DNA of 64,000 nucleotides, from positions 64,001-128,000 of the forward strand of contig CAVVHE010000009.1 of NCBI GenBank assembly GCA_963748015.1, in the 5' to 3' direction. The stretch is from Terriglobia bacterium. GTDB taxonomy: Bacteria > Acidobacteriota > Polarisedimenticolia > Polarisedimenticolales > JAIQFR01. Below are positions 42,932-55,783 of the stretch, piece by piece. The notes under the pieces were generated by a model, which was given only the letters and a program-made list of their open reading frames with translations, was not told the origin of the DNA and searched no databases. Numbering within the stretch: position 1 is the stretch's first letter; the number at the start of each line of letters is the position of its first letter. The translations under genes and the position numbers were made by a program.

Positions 42932-44665
42932 TCAGGCCTTCTGCGCCGCTTCGGTCCGGCTGATGTGACGGTTCACGAGCCACTGCTGGCCGATGCCGAG
43001 CAAGTTGTTCACGAGCCAGTATAGGACGAGACCGCTCGGGAGGTTGAGGAACATGATGGTGAAGACCACGGGCATCATCATCATCATCCGCTGCTGCATC
43101 GGGTCGCCGGCCTTGGTGGTCGTCATCGCCTGCTGGAGGAACATGGTCCCGCCCATCAGGATCGGCGTGACGTAGAACGGGTCCTTGAGCGTCAGGTCGG
43201 AGATCCAGCCGACGAACGGCGCTCCCCGCAACTCCACCGCGACCGTGAGCATGTTGTAGAACGCGATCAGGATCGGGAACTGGGCGAGCATCGGCAGGCA
43301 CCCCGACATGCCCCCCATCGGGTTGACCCCCTCCTTCTTGTAGAGGGCCATCATCTCCTCGTTCATCTTCCCGCGGTCCTGCGCGTCCTTCATCTTCTTG
43401 TACTTGGCCTTGATCGCGTTGATCTTCGGCTGGATGCGCTGCATGTCGGTCTGCATCTTCCGCATGTTCACCATCGAGTACTGGTTGAGCGGGAAGAGCA
43501 CCAAGCGCAGGGCCACGGTGGCGAGGATGATGGCGAGACCGTAGTTCGCCGCGACGTGGTCGTGGACCCACAGCAGCGCGAGGAACAGGTACTTCGCCAG
43601 CCAGAAGATCAGCGAGTACGACGAGAACCAGACCACCGAGTCGAGATCGTTCCCGAGCTTGCGGAGGAGGGTGTACTTCTTCGGCCCGACGTAGAGGCGC
43701 GCGCCCTCGGGAGGAACGCCGACCGAAACGACGAGCTGGGCCTCGGGCTTCGGCTCCTTGGCGTCCGCGGCGGCTCCGGCGAGCCGCTCCGGGACGATCT
43801 GGATCTGGCGGATCACCGCGCCGCCCCTGCCGGCGGCCGGAAGGAACAGCGCGGCGAAGTACTGCTCCTCGATCCCCGCCCAGCGGAGCGCGCCGTTCTC
43901 CGGGATCACGACGTCCTGCTTGACGCCGCCGCGGCTCGTCCGCGCCACGACCCCTCCCTGGTCTACGACGGCCTGGCCGGTGTAGTGGAGCTGGCGCGAG
44001 GCCTGGCTCGGATCGCGCGCCTCGAATCCGGGGCCCCAGGCGATGCGCGCCGGGACCGGCCGCCCGCGGTCCGAGACGTGGAGCGAGAGATCCACGAGAG
44101 GATCGCCCTTCCTGAAGACCAGGACCTTCTCGGCCTCGAGCCCCTTGCCGTCGGCCCACGCGAAGCGGATTCGCTCGCCGGGAGAGGCCGACTCCGCCCC
44201 GAGCGGCGAGCGCTCGACCTTGAACAGCGCGGCGTTCAGTACTTTCGTCAGCGCGGCGTCGTCGAGGTCGAACGCCAGGGGCAGGAGGTCGTCTCGCGCG
44301 GCGTATCCGGGCACGAGCTCGACCGGCTCGCCGGCGGAGTCGCGGTAGTCCTTGAGGCGCCAGGACGCCACGCGTCCGCCCTTGTTCGTCAGGACGACCG
44401 CGGAGACGTCGGTTTCGACGCGCACCGTCTCCGCCTTCTCGGCCTCGACCTGAGACGGCGGGGAAGACGGAGCCGCCGCCTCGACCGCCGCCGGGGCCGG
44501 GGCCGCGGGGGTCGCGGGCGCCGCGCCGCCCGCCGCGGGCGTGGCGGCGGGACCGGCTGCGGGCGCGCCCGCCGGTCGCACCGGCTGCTGCGCGGGGAAC
44601 AGCCAGTACCAGCCGAGGAGCACGACGAACGACAACGCGATGGCGATGAGGGCGCGCTTCTCCAT
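42932..44665 (-). CDS. yidC: Membrane protein insertase YidC
   Basis: NYGLAII, IQPKINAIK, GVNPMGG..GCLP, WISDLTLKDP, LPSGLVLYW. Confidence 0.97.
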   Translation of the reverse strand: MEKRALIAIALSFVVLLGWYWLFPAQQPVRPAGAPAAGPAATPAAGGAAPATPAAPAPAAVEAAAPSSPPSQVEAEKAETVRVETDVSAVVLTNKGGRVASWRLKDYRDSAGEPVELVPGYAARDDLLPLAFDLDDAALTKVLNAALFKVERSPLGAESASPGERIRFAWADGKGLEAEKVLVFRKGDPLVDLSLHVSDRGRPVPARIAWGPGFEARDPSQASRQLHYTGQAVVDQGGVVARTSRGGVKQDVVIPENGALRWAGIEEQYFAALFLPAAGRGGAVIRQIQIVPERLAGAAADAKEPKPEAQLVVSVGVPPEGARLYVGPKKYTLLRKLGNDLDSVVWFSSYSLIFWLAKYLFLALLWVHDHVAANYGLAIILATVALRLVLFPLNQYSMVNMRKMQTDMQRIQPKINAIKAKYKKMKDAQDRGKMNEEMMALYKKEGVNPMGGMSGCLPMLAQFPILIAFYNMLTVAVELRGAPFVGWISDLTLKDPFYVTPILMGGTMFLQQAMTTTKAGDPMQQRMMMMMPVVFTIMFLNLPSGLVLYWLVNNLLGIGQQWLVNRHISRTEAAQKA

Positions 44666-44668
44666 GAC

Positions 44669-44971
44669 CTAGGACCTCTTGCCTGAGCCGGCGTGACTTC
44701 GAGGTTGAGACACGGGAGCTGTCCTCCGTGCGTCGGTGGGAGCGCCGGGGCGCGGACCCGGGACCGGGTCGAAGCCGCCGCGGCCCCACGGGTGGCATCG
44801 AAGGAGCCGTGAGAGTGCTAGGGCCAAGCCTCGAGCCACGCCGTGAAGCTGCACCGCCTCGGCCGCGTACTCCGAGCAGGTCGGCTCGAAGCGGCACGCC
44901 GGGGGGAGCAGGGGAGAGAGGAGTCGCTTGTAGGCGCGGAACGCGGAGGCGAGTACCACGCGCGGCGTCAT
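44669..44971 (-). CDS. yidD: Membrane protein insertion efficiency factor
   Basis: [32 protein letters not shown]. Confidence 0.95.
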   Translation of the reverse strand: MTPRVVLASAFRAYKRLLSPLLPPACRFEPTCSEYAAEAVQLHGVARGLALALSRLLRCHPWGRGGFDPVPGPRPGAPTDARRTAPVSQPRSHAGSGKRS

Positions 44972-45381
44972 GACCGGAACCGCCTCGCGATCTCGCCGAA
45001 ACGGTCGAGAAACTCCCGCTCGATGGCGGCGGTCGAAACGACCGGCGCTCCCGGCCTGGCGTTCAGCACGAGATCGAGGGCCGGAGAGAGCCCGGCCCGG
45101 TGGCGGCGGAAGACATCCCGCAGGACGCGCTTGATTCGGTTCCGCTGCACGGACGATCCCACCTTGCGCGTGACGGTGATGCCGAGCCGGCAGTGACCGG
45201 TGGTGTTGGGCAGGGCGAACATCACGAAGGACGTGGAGCCCGCGCGGCGACCCTTCTCGTAGACTGCGAGGAACTGGCGCCGAGCGGTGAGGCGGAAGGC
45301 TCGAGGAAACCGTGCGACCCGGTCCCGCGGCTCAGACCGCGATCCGCTTGCGTCCCTTCCTGCGTCGCCGGGACAGAACAA
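44968..45381 (-). CDS. rnpA: RNase P protein; the only upstream start is a TTG inside rpmH
   Basis: [28 protein letters not shown]. Confidence 0.92.
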   Translation of the reverse strand: MFCPGDAGRDASGSRSEPRDRVARFPRAFRLTARRQFLAVYEKGRRAGSTSFVMFALPNTTGHCRLGITVTRKVGSSVQRNRIKRVLRDVFRRHRAGLSPALDLVLNARPGAPVVSTAAIEREFLDRFGEIARRFRS

Positions 45382-45466
45382 GCTGTCCCCCCTTGGAGCG
45401 CATGCGGACCAGGAACCCGTGGGTCTTCTTGCGTCTCCGGTTGTTCGGCTGAAAAGTCCGCTTCAT
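45332..45466 (-). CDS. rpmH: 50S ribosomal protein L34 (not in the ORF track)
   Basis: Translated by hand: [44 protein letters not shown]. Confidence 0.98.
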   Translation of the reverse strand: MKRTFQPNNRRRKKTHGFLVRMRSKGGQLVLSRRRRKGRKRIAV

Positions 45467-45709
45467 CTGACTCGGCCCTCAGAACTTGTCCGACGAAAAC
45501 GGTCATGGTAGGGAAGCGTCGGCCGGCTGTCAAGCGGTTGAAACTCGGATCGCCACTGTGGTAGTCTCCGCGCGCCCGTTAGGCACGAGTCCAGTTGTCG
45601 CAAGGTCGAATCATGAAAACGTCGCGAGCGGTGTCGGCCGTCGAGGCGCCGTGCCAAGGAGTGGGTGTCCGCCCTCTTCTCGAGGGAATCGTGCGGCTTG
45701 GCGCGGGCC

Positions 45710-45897
45710 GGAAATCGAGTTTACATAATATTTACGGCGCCTGCGAAGACGCCGGGCCGAACCCCCCATCGGGTCACCACTTAACGGACCGTCCCGTTTT
45801 CCACACCTGTGGAAAACCTGTGCACCAATAGTCGGGGTCTTAGAGCCGCAAGCCCTGGATTTTCAACGGATCGGCAGGCATCTTCCGGAGGACCGCC
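45710..45897. other. Putative oriC part 1 (rpmH-dnaA intergenic region)
   Basis: DnaA-box-like TTTTCCACA 45797-45805 and TGTGGAAAA 45808-45816; AT-rich patch about 45720-45735; gene orientation switches here. Confidence 0.65.
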
Positions 45898-47226
45898 GTG
45901 CTCGAGCCGAGTTCGAACAACACGTGGGACCGGGTGCTCGGTCGAATCGAGTCCAAGGTCAACGCGAGATCGTTCAGCACCTGGTTCAAGCCCACGCAGC
46001 TCCTGAGCGAAGACGCGGAAGGACTCTCGGTCCGCGTCCCGAACAGCTGGTTCGCCGAGTGGCTCAACACCAATTACCTGCCGCTGATCCAGGACGCGCT
46101 CAGGGACATCGAGCGCCCCGGCATGAGCGTGCGGTTCTACGCCGAGGACGGCGTGGTCGCGGCGGCGGCCGAGCCGGCAATCGCCCAAGCACCCGTGGTC
46201 GCCGAGCCGAGCGGCCCCTGGCTGAACCCGCGCTACACCTTCGACACCTTCGTCGTCTCCTCGTGCAACCAGTTCGCCCATGCCGCGGCGATGGCGGTCG
46301 CCGAGCAGCCGACCCGCGCCTACAACCCGCTCTATGTCTACGGCGGGGTGGGACTCGGCAAGACCCACCTGATGCAGGCGATCGGGAACCGGATCCTCAA
46401 GAAAGGCCCGGTGAGGATGCGGTACATCTCCACCGAGCACTTCATGAACGAGCTGATCAACGCGATCCGCTTCGAGAAGACGCTGGAGTTCAAGGAGAAG
46501 TACCGGAGCGTGGACCTGCTCCTGATCGACGACATCCAGTTTCTCGCCGGCAAGGAGAGGACGCAGGAGGAGTTCTTCCACACCTTCAACGCCCTCTACG
46601 ACGCCCAGAGGCAGATCGTCATCACGAGCGACTGCCAGCCTCGCGAGATACCGACCCTCGAGGAGCGCCTGCGGTCCCGGTTCGAGTGGGGGCTGATCGC
46701 CGACATCCAGCCCCCGGACCTCGAGACGAAGGTGGCGATCCTGAGGAAGAAGGCGGAGGCGGAGCGAACCGTCCTGCCCGACGACGTCGCCCTCTTCATC
46801 GCCTCGAACAGCAAGTCGAACATCCGCGAGCTCGAGGGCTCGCTGATCCGGGTGATCGCGTACGCGTCCATGTCGGGGCGGGAGATCACGCTCGAGCTCG
46901 CGAAGGAGACCCTCCGCGACCTCCTGAGCCAGACGGCGCCGATGATCACCGTCGACAGCATCCAGAAGCTGGTGGCCGACACGTACAACCTGAAGGTCAG
47001 CGTCCTCAAGTCGCGCAACAACCGGCACGAGGTCTCCTTCCCGCGGCAGGTCGCGATGTACCTCTGCAAGCAGCTGACCGACGCTTCGCTACCGGACATC
47101 GGGCGACGCTTCGGCGGCAAGCACCACTCGACCGTGATCCACGGGATCCAGAAGATCGAGGCGAAGCGGCAGAAAGAGAAAGAGTTCGACCGGATGCTCG
47201 AGAACCTGATGCAGTCTTTGAAGTGA
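45898..47226 (+). CDS. dnaA: Replication initiator DnaA
   Basis: NPLYVYGGVGLGKTHL, LIDDIQF, RLRSRFEWG, RQVAMYL, KHHSTV. Confidence 0.99.
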   Translation: MLEPSSNNTWDRVLGRIESKVNARSFSTWFKPTQLLSEDAEGLSVRVPNSWFAEWLNTNYLPLIQDALRDIERPGMSVRFYAEDGVVAAAAEPAIAQAPVVAEPSGPWLNPRYTFDTFVVSSCNQFAHAAAMAVAEQPTRAYNPLYVYGGVGLGKTHLMQAIGNRILKKGPVRMRYISTEHFMNELINAIRFEKTLEFKEKYRSVDLLLIDDIQFLAGKERTQEEFFHTFNALYDAQRQIVITSDCQPREIPTLEERLRSRFEWGLIADIQPPDLETKVAILRKKAEAERTVLPDDVALFIASNSKSNIRELEGSLIRVIAYASMSGREITLELAKETLRDLLSQTAPMITVDSIQKLVADTYNLKVSVLKSRNNRHEVSFPRQVAMYLCKQLTDASLPDIGRRFGGKHHSTVIHGIQKIEAKRQKEKEFDRMLENLMQSLK

Positions 47227-47471
47227 GGTTGTCCGCCTTTCCCACAGGGGCCGCGGTGGAAAAGGTGTGGAATCCTCGGGCGCGGCGTTGATAAGCTCGG
47301 GCGCGTGGCCGGCTGCGGAAAACGGGCAAGGAACCGCGTGGCGGCGTCCACAGGGAAAGAGGAGGCCCCGCAAGCGGTTGGACGGGAATCCGCATCTTCC
47401 ACCGCGCTACGGGTTCTGCTAGGTTTCCTTCTCCCCTGGGAAAAGATGGGGAGTCGGGAAGAGAGGTCCTC
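47227..47471. other. Putative oriC part 2 (dnaA-dnaN intergenic region)
   Basis: Cluster of degenerate DnaA boxes: TTTCCCACA 47238, GGTGGAAAA 47255, TGTGGAATC 47266, CGTTGATAA 47286, TGCGGAAAA 47314. Confidence 0.6.
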
Positions 47472-48623
47472 ATGGAGTTCGTGATCCAGAAGAGCGATTT
47501 GGTCCGCGAGCTGCAGACCGTGACCGGAGTCGTCGAGAAGAGGACGACGCTCCCGATCCTCGCAAACCTGCTGCTCGAGGTGCAGGCGGGCACGATCCAG
47601 GTCGGCGCGAGCGATCTCGAGATCAGCATCCGCGGAAAGGTGCCGGCGAAGGTGAAAGGGAGCGGAAGCGTGACGCTCCCGGCCAACAAGCTTCACGAGA
47701 TCGCGCGTCTCCTGCCGGGATCCGAGGTCACGTTCAAGGTCCTCGAGAGAAGCCAGGTCGCGATCTCTTGCGAGCGGACGCGGTACAAGATCGCCGGGCA
47801 GCCGAGGGACGAGTTCCCGAGCTTCCTCGACGTGGAGCAGGCGGAGGCGATGCAGGTCCCGGGAGGGATGCTCCGCAGGATGATCGCCCGGGTCGCGTTC
47901 GCTGCGAGCATGGAGTCCATGGACCCGTCCCTGAGGGGAGCGCTGTTCCTCATGCAGAAGGGACAGATCACCCTGGTGGCGACCGACGGGTACCGCCTGG
48001 CCTACGTGTCGCAGAAGGCCGCGATCGCGCCGGCCGGAGGCGAGGTGAAGCTGGTCGTTCCCCGCAAGGCGCTGCTCGAGCTGCAGAAGCTCCTCGGCGA
48101 CGTGGCGGACGGAGAGAACATCTCCTTCGGCACCAAGGGGAACCACGTTTTCTTCATCGTCGGGAGCCACGTTCTGACCTCCACGGTGCCGGTCCTCAAC
48201 TTCCCGAAGTACGACCAGGTCATGCCCAAGGCCTATCAGACCTCGATCGAGCTTCCGACCGAGGGGCTGATGGAATCCGTGAGGCGCGTCGCCCTGCTCG
48301 CGAGCGACCGCTTCGGCCGGGTGGTCAAGTTCGAGCTCTCCTCGGGCAAGCTCGAGTTGAGCAGCGGAACCGAGATGGGCGAGGCGGCCGACGAGCTGCC
48401 GGTCGAGTACGAGGGGGAAGAGCGAAAGGTGTCCTTCAGCGCCCAGTTCATCCTCGACTTCCTGTCCGTCGTGGACACGGCGAACGTGCGGATGCAGATG
48501 GAGCCGACCGCCCAGGGAGATGCCGACCGCGCCCGCCGCGGCACGGACGCCCCGGTCGAGTTCCGCCCCGGCGTCTCGGAGGACATGGAGTACCGCTACA
48601 TCGTGATGCCGCGGAACCTCTGA
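47472..48623 (+). CDS. dnaN: DNA polymerase III beta clamp
   Basis: TTLPILANLL, ASDLEISI, VATDGYRLA, YIVMP. Confidence 0.97.
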   Translation: MEFVIQKSDLVRELQTVTGVVEKRTTLPILANLLLEVQAGTIQVGASDLEISIRGKVPAKVKGSGSVTLPANKLHEIARLLPGSEVTFKVLERSQVAISCERTRYKIAGQPRDEFPSFLDVEQAEAMQVPGGMLRRMIARVAFAASMESMDPSLRGALFLMQKGQITLVATDGYRLAYVSQKAAIAPAGGEVKLVVPRKALLELQKLLGDVADGENISFGTKGNHVFFIVGSHVLTSTVPVLNFPKYDQVMPKAYQTSIELPTEGLMESVRRVALLASDRFGRVVKFELSSGKLELSSGTEMGEAADELPVEYEGEERKVSFSAQFILDFLSVVDTANVRMQMEPTAQGDADRARRGTDAPVEFRPGVSEDMEYRYIVMPRNL

Positions 48624-48678
48624 GGGCGGCCCCACGACCAACGTTCGCCGAAATAGCGAATCCCTTCTCGGTGCCTCG

Positions 48679-48844
48679 GACCCTCGCACCCGCACGGCGG
48701 GTACCATCCCGCGGCGCGCTTCGGCGTTGCGCGGCGCAAGTCGCCGCGCCGCCTCGCTCCGCTCTTCGCTCGGCCGTCCGCGGAAGAGACGGCCTCGCGA
48801 AGAGAGGGCCGCGGGATGGTACCCGCCGTGCGGGTGCGAGGGTC
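48679..48844 (+). repeat. Conserved-core / variable-arm hairpin element, copy 4
   Basis: Perfect 37-bp IR 48679-48715 / 48808-48844 around the shared core. Confidence 0.85.
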
Positions 48845-48891
48845 AACGTCGAGAGCGAAGGTAACGCGGGCCGCTTACTGCAGAACCACCA

Positions 48892-49998
48892 ATGCATCTG
48901 ATCTCCCTTCAGGCCGACAGGCTTCGCAATCTCAAGGCGGTGGCGATCGAGCTGCCGGCGGGGCTCTCCGTGCTCGTCGGGAGGAACGGCGAGGGGAAGA
49001 CGAGCGTTCTCGAGGCGGCGTACCTGCTGGCGACGGGGCGGTCGTTCCGCACGAGGCGGCTACCCGAGCTGGTCGCCTGGGGCGGCGGGCCGCTGAGGGT
49101 CGGCGGGAGGGTCCGCGACCGGCGAGGGGAGTCGCGGCTGGCCGTGGTCATCGACGGGCCGGACCGGAGGCTGTCGGTGGACGGCGCCGACTCGGGTCTC
49201 GAGGGGTATCTCGGGCGTCTCGACCTGATCGCGCTCCCGGCGGACTGGATGCGCGTGCTGCGGGAGGGGCCCGAGGAGCGCCGGCGGTTTCTCGACCGCG
49301 GGATCGCCGGGCTCGATCCCTCGTACCTCCGCGCCCTGGCCGATTACCGGAAGGTGCTGCTGCAGCGGAACGCGCTGCTGCGGGCGCCCCGGGGGAGCGC
49401 GCGCGGCCCGGAGCTCGACGTCTGGGACGAACGGCTCGTGGAATCGGCGGCTCGCGTGCACCGGCGGCGCCGCGAGTACGCGGTGCGCCTCGCGTCGCGC
49501 ATGGGAGAGCCGGGACGCGCTCTCTTCTCGGACGACGCCGTGCTGTCGCTCCACTATCGCCCCTCGCCCGCCAGGACGAGGGACGAGGAGCCGGACCGGT
49601 TCGCGGGGATCTTCCTCGACGCCCTTGGCGAGGGGCGGGGCAGGGACGTTTCCCTGGGGTTCACGGGGGAGGGGCCGCACCGGGACGACCTGGCGATCAC
49701 GCTCGACGGGGCCGACCTGAGAAAGTACGGATCGGCTGGGCAGGTTCGCTCGGCCATGATAGCTTTGAAGCTGTCGAAACTGGAGCTGCTCCGGGAGGAC
49801 CGGCGGGGCGCACCGCTGTTCCTCATGGATGACTTCGACTCGGACCTCGACGAGCAAAAGAGCGCGTCGGTGGTGGCGTTTCTGACGGCCAGGGGGGCGC
49901 AGGCGATCCTGGCCACCTCGAAGGAGGCCACCGCCGCGGCGCTCGGCGCGTCGCACTGCAGGATCCGGGTCGCGGGAGGGGACGCGCGGGTGGAGTGA
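48892..49998 (+). CDS. recF: DNA replication/repair protein RecF
   Basis: GRNGEGKTSVLEA, GPEERRRFLD, GPHRDDL, GSAGQ, LMDDFDSDLD. Confidence 0.95.
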   Translation: MHLISLQADRLRNLKAVAIELPAGLSVLVGRNGEGKTSVLEAAYLLATGRSFRTRRLPELVAWGGGPLRVGGRVRDRRGESRLAVVIDGPDRRLSVDGADSGLEGYLGRLDLIALPADWMRVLREGPEERRRFLDRGIAGLDPSYLRALADYRKVLLQRNALLRAPRGSARGPELDVWDERLVESAARVHRRRREYAVRLASRMGEPGRALFSDDAVLSLHYRPSPARTRDEEPDRFAGIFLDALGEGRGRDVSLGFTGEGPHRDDLAITLDGADLRKYGSAGQVRSAMIALKLSKLELLREDRRGAPLFLMDDFDSDLDEQKSASVVAFLTARGAQAILATSKEATAAALGASHCRIRVAGGDARVE

Positions 49999-50026
49999 GA
50001 GCCCGCATCAAGGCATGCGGTCCTGA

Positions 50027-52549
<2,523 letters not shown>

Positions 52550-52550
52550 G

Positions 52551-55073
52551 ATGGACGCCACCGAGAACCGCATCCCGATCAACATCGAAGAGGAGATGAA
52601 GCGCTCCTACCTGGCTTACGCCATGAGCGTGATCATCGGGCGGGCGCTACCCGACGTGCGCGACGGCCTGAAGCCGGTCCACCGGCGCGTGCTGTTCGCG
52701 ATGCACGACACCGGGAACACGGCGGACAAGGCGTACCGGAAGTCCGCGCGCACCGTCGGTACGGTGATCGGCAAGTACCACCCCCACGGCGACCAGGCGG
52801 TGTACGACACGATCGTGCGGCTGGCGCAGGACTTCTCGATGCGCTACCCGCTCGTGGACGGGCAGGGGAACTTCGGCTCCGTGGACGGCGACCCGCCGGC
52901 CGCGATGCGGTACACCGAGATCCGCCTCGATCGCCTAGCGCACGAGATGCTCCGGGACATCGAGAAGGAGACGGTGGGCTTCGTCCCGAACTACGACGGC
53001 TCGGAGCGGGAGCCGGTGGTGCTCCCGGCGGCCTTCCCGAACCTCCTCGTGAACGGCTCGGCGGGGATCGCGGTGGGGATGGCGACCAACATCCCGCCCC
53101 ACAACCTCGGCGAGGTGACCGAAGCGATCAAGCTCCTCGTCGCGAACCCCGACGTGGAGCTCGAAGAGCTGATGGAGGTCCTGCCCGGCCCCGACTTCCC
53201 GACCGCCGGGTTCATCTACGGCATCGAGGGGATCCGGCAGGCCTACGCCACCGGCCGGGGTCACATCAGGATCCGCGGCAGGGCGACGATCGAGGAGATC
53301 CGGAAGGACCGGCAGGCGATCATCATCACGGAGCTGCCGTACCAGGTCAACAAGGCGCTGCTCATCGAGGAGATCGCGGGCTTGGTCCGCGACAAGCGGA
53401 TCGAGGGGATCAGCGACATCCGCGACGAGTCCGACCGCGACGGCATCCGCGTCGTCATCGAGCTGAAGCGCGACGAGACCCCCGGCGTCATCCTCAACAA
53501 CCTTTACAAGTTCACCAAGCTCCAGGTCAGCTTCGGCATCATCAACCTCGCGATCGTCCACAACCGGCCGCAGGTCCTGAACCTCAGGGACATGCTCCGG
53601 CACTTCGTGGAGTTCCGCCGCGAGGTGATCGTGAGGCGGACGCAGTTCGACCTCAAGAAGGCCGAGGAGCGCGCCCACATCCTCGAGGGGCTCAAGCTGG
53701 CGCTCGACCACCTCGACGAGGTGATCGAGACGATCCGCCGGTCGAAGACGCCCCCCGAGGCCAAGGAGGCGCTCCGCGCCCGCTTCGGCTTCTCGGACCT
53801 CCAGGCTCAGGCGATCCTGGACATGAGGCTCCAGCGGCTCACCGGGCTCGAGCGGCAGAAGATCGTCGACGAGTACGAGGAGACGCTCAAGCTCATCGAG
53901 CGCCTGCGCCAGATCCTCGCGAGCGAGGCGATGCAGCTCCGCATCGTCGTCGACGAGCTGGAGAAGATCAAGGAGGCGTTCGCCGACCCGCGCCGCACCG
54001 AGATCGTGGCCCGCACGGAGGAGATCTCCGTCGAGGACCTGATCCAGGAGGAGGAAGTCGTCATCACGGTGAGTCATACCGGCTACATCAAGCGCACGGC
54101 GCTCTCGACCTACCGGTCGCAGCGCCGCGGCGGCAAGGGCCGGATCGGCATGACGACCCGCGAGGAGGACGCCGTCCAGCACCTCTTCGTCGCCTCCACC
54201 CACGACTACATCCTCGTCTTCCTCTCGTCGGGGCGGATGCACTGGCTCAAGGTGCACGAGATCCCGGACGTCAGCTCGTCCGGCCGCGGCAAGGCGGTCG
54301 TCAACCTGATCCGGATCACGCCGGACGACAAGGTCGCGGCGATGGTGGCGGTGCGCGACTTCCCCGCGGACCGCTACGTCGTGCTCGCGAGCCGGCGCGG
54401 CTTCGTGAAGAAGACGCCCCTCTCGGCGTTCGGGCGGCCCAGCAAGGCGGGGATCATCGCGGTCAGCCTCGACGAGGGGGACGGCGTGCTCGCGGCCGGG
54501 ATCTCGGACGGCGAGAGCGAGATCTTCATGGGGACGGTGGCGGGCAAGTCCATCCGCTACCGCGAGACGGACGTGCGGCCGATGGGGCGCAACGCGAGAG
54601 GCGTGATCGGGATCCGGATGGCGTCCGCGGACCTGCTCGTCGAGATGGAGATGCTGTCCGGCAAGCCCGACATCCTGTCGGTCACGAGCAAGGGGTACGG
54701 GAAGAGGACGGCGGCGCAGGAGTACCGCCTCCAGGGGCGCGGCGGCTCGGGGATCATCAACATGCGCACCACGACGCGGAACGGCCGCGTGGTGGCCGTC
54801 ACCGAGGTGTCCGAGGAGGACCAGGTCCTCCTGATCACGGCGCAGGGGAAGATCATCCGCATGGACGCCGCCGGCATCAGCCGGATCGGCCGCGCCACGC
54901 AAGGCGTTCGCCTGATCCAGGTGGACGAGGGGGACGAGGTGGTTTCCGCGATCCGCACCGCGGAGCGCGAGGAGGAGGGGAAGTCCGCGCCGGTGGCCAC
55001 GGCACCCGACGAGGACGAGGAGCCCCCGCGGCCGGAAGAGCTCGCCGCGGAGGACGAAGGCAACGGGGCCTGA
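52551..55073 (+). CDS. gyrA: DNA gyrase subunit A
   Basis: YHPHGD, AAMRYTE, GyrA box QRRGGKG. Confidence 0.99.
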   Translation: MDATENRIPINIEEEMKRSYLAYAMSVIIGRALPDVRDGLKPVHRRVLFAMHDTGNTADKAYRKSARTVGTVIGKYHPHGDQAVYDTIVRLAQDFSMRYPLVDGQGNFGSVDGDPPAAMRYTEIRLDRLAHEMLRDIEKETVGFVPNYDGSEREPVVLPAAFPNLLVNGSAGIAVGMATNIPPHNLGEVTEAIKLLVANPDVELEELMEVLPGPDFPTAGFIYGIEGIRQAYATGRGHIRIRGRATIEEIRKDRQAIIITELPYQVNKALLIEEIAGLVRDKRIEGISDIRDESDRDGIRVVIELKRDETPGVILNNLYKFTKLQVSFGIINLAIVHNRPQVLNLRDMLRHFVEFRREVIVRRTQFDLKKAEERAHILEGLKLALDHLDEVIETIRRSKTPPEAKEALRARFGFSDLQAQAILDMRLQRLTGLERQKIVDEYEETLKLIERLRQILASEAMQLRIVVDELEKIKEAFADPRRTEIVARTEEISVEDLIQEEEVVITVSHTGYIKRTALSTYRSQRRGGKGRIGMTTREEDAVQHLFVASTHDYILVFLSSGRMHWLKVHEIPDVSSSGRGKAVVNLIRITPDDKVAAMVAVRDFPADRYVVLASRRGFVKKTPLSAFGRPSKAGIIAVSLDEGDGVLAAGISDGESEIFMGTVAGKSIRYRETDVRPMGRNARGVIGIRMASADLLVEMEMLSGKPDILSVTSKGYGKRTAAQEYRLQGRGGSGIINMRTTTRNGRVVAVTEVSEEDQVLLITAQGKIIRMDAAGISRIGRATQGVRLIQVDEGDEVVSAIRTAEREEEGKSAPVATAPDEDEEPPRPEELAAEDEGNGA

Positions 55074-55087
55074 CCCGAGGAGCGCAC

Positions 55088-55735
55088 ATGAAGCTGTTCA
55101 TCGACACCGCGAACATCGACGAGATCCGCGAGGCGGCCGGTCTCGGCATCCTCGACGGCGTCACCACCAACCCGAGCCTGGTCTCGAAGGAAGGGAAGGA
55201 CTTCCACCAGGTCCTTCGCGAGATCGCGAGCCTCGTCGACGGCCCGATCTCCGCGGAGGTGACGGCGCTCGACAAGGACGGGATGGTCAAGGAAGGGCGC
55301 GTGCTCGCGGCCATCCATCCCAACATCGTCGTGAAGATCCCGCTCACCAAGGAAGGGCTCAGGGCCTGCAAGGCGCTGCGCGCCGAGGGGATCCAGACCA
55401 ACGTCACGCTCTGCTTCTCCCCGATGCAGGCGCTCCTCGTCGCCAAGGTGGACTCGACGTTCGTGAGCCCGTTCGTGGGGCGGCTCGACGACGTCTCGCA
55501 CGAGGGGATGGACCTGATCCGGCAGATCCGCGCCATCTACGACAACTACGACTACCCGACGCAGATCCTCGTCGCGTCGGTGCGGCACCCGCTTCACGTC
55601 GTGGAGTCGGCCCTCGCGGGCGCCGACGCCGCGACGATCCCGCACAAGGTCCTCATGCAGCTCTACGACCACCCGCTCACCGAAGCCGGCGTCAAGAAGT
55701 TCCTGGCCGACTGGGAGAAGATGAAGAAGAAGTAG
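55088..55735 (+). CDS. fsa: Transaldolase / fructose-6-phosphate aldolase family protein
   Basis: [35 protein letters not shown]. Confidence 0.93.
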   Translation: MKLFIDTANIDEIREAAGLGILDGVTTNPSLVSKEGKDFHQVLREIASLVDGPISAEVTALDKDGMVKEGRVLAAIHPNIVVKIPLTKEGLRACKALRAEGIQTNVTLCFSPMQALLVAKVDSTFVSPFVGRLDDVSHEGMDLIRQIRAIYDNYDYPTQILVASVRHPLHVVESALAGADAATIPHKVLMQLYDHPLTEAGVKKFLADWEKMKKK

Positions 55736-55783
55736 CCGAGGGCCGGGCGGGCCGCGCCGGCGCTTCGCGCGGCGGGGGGGAGC

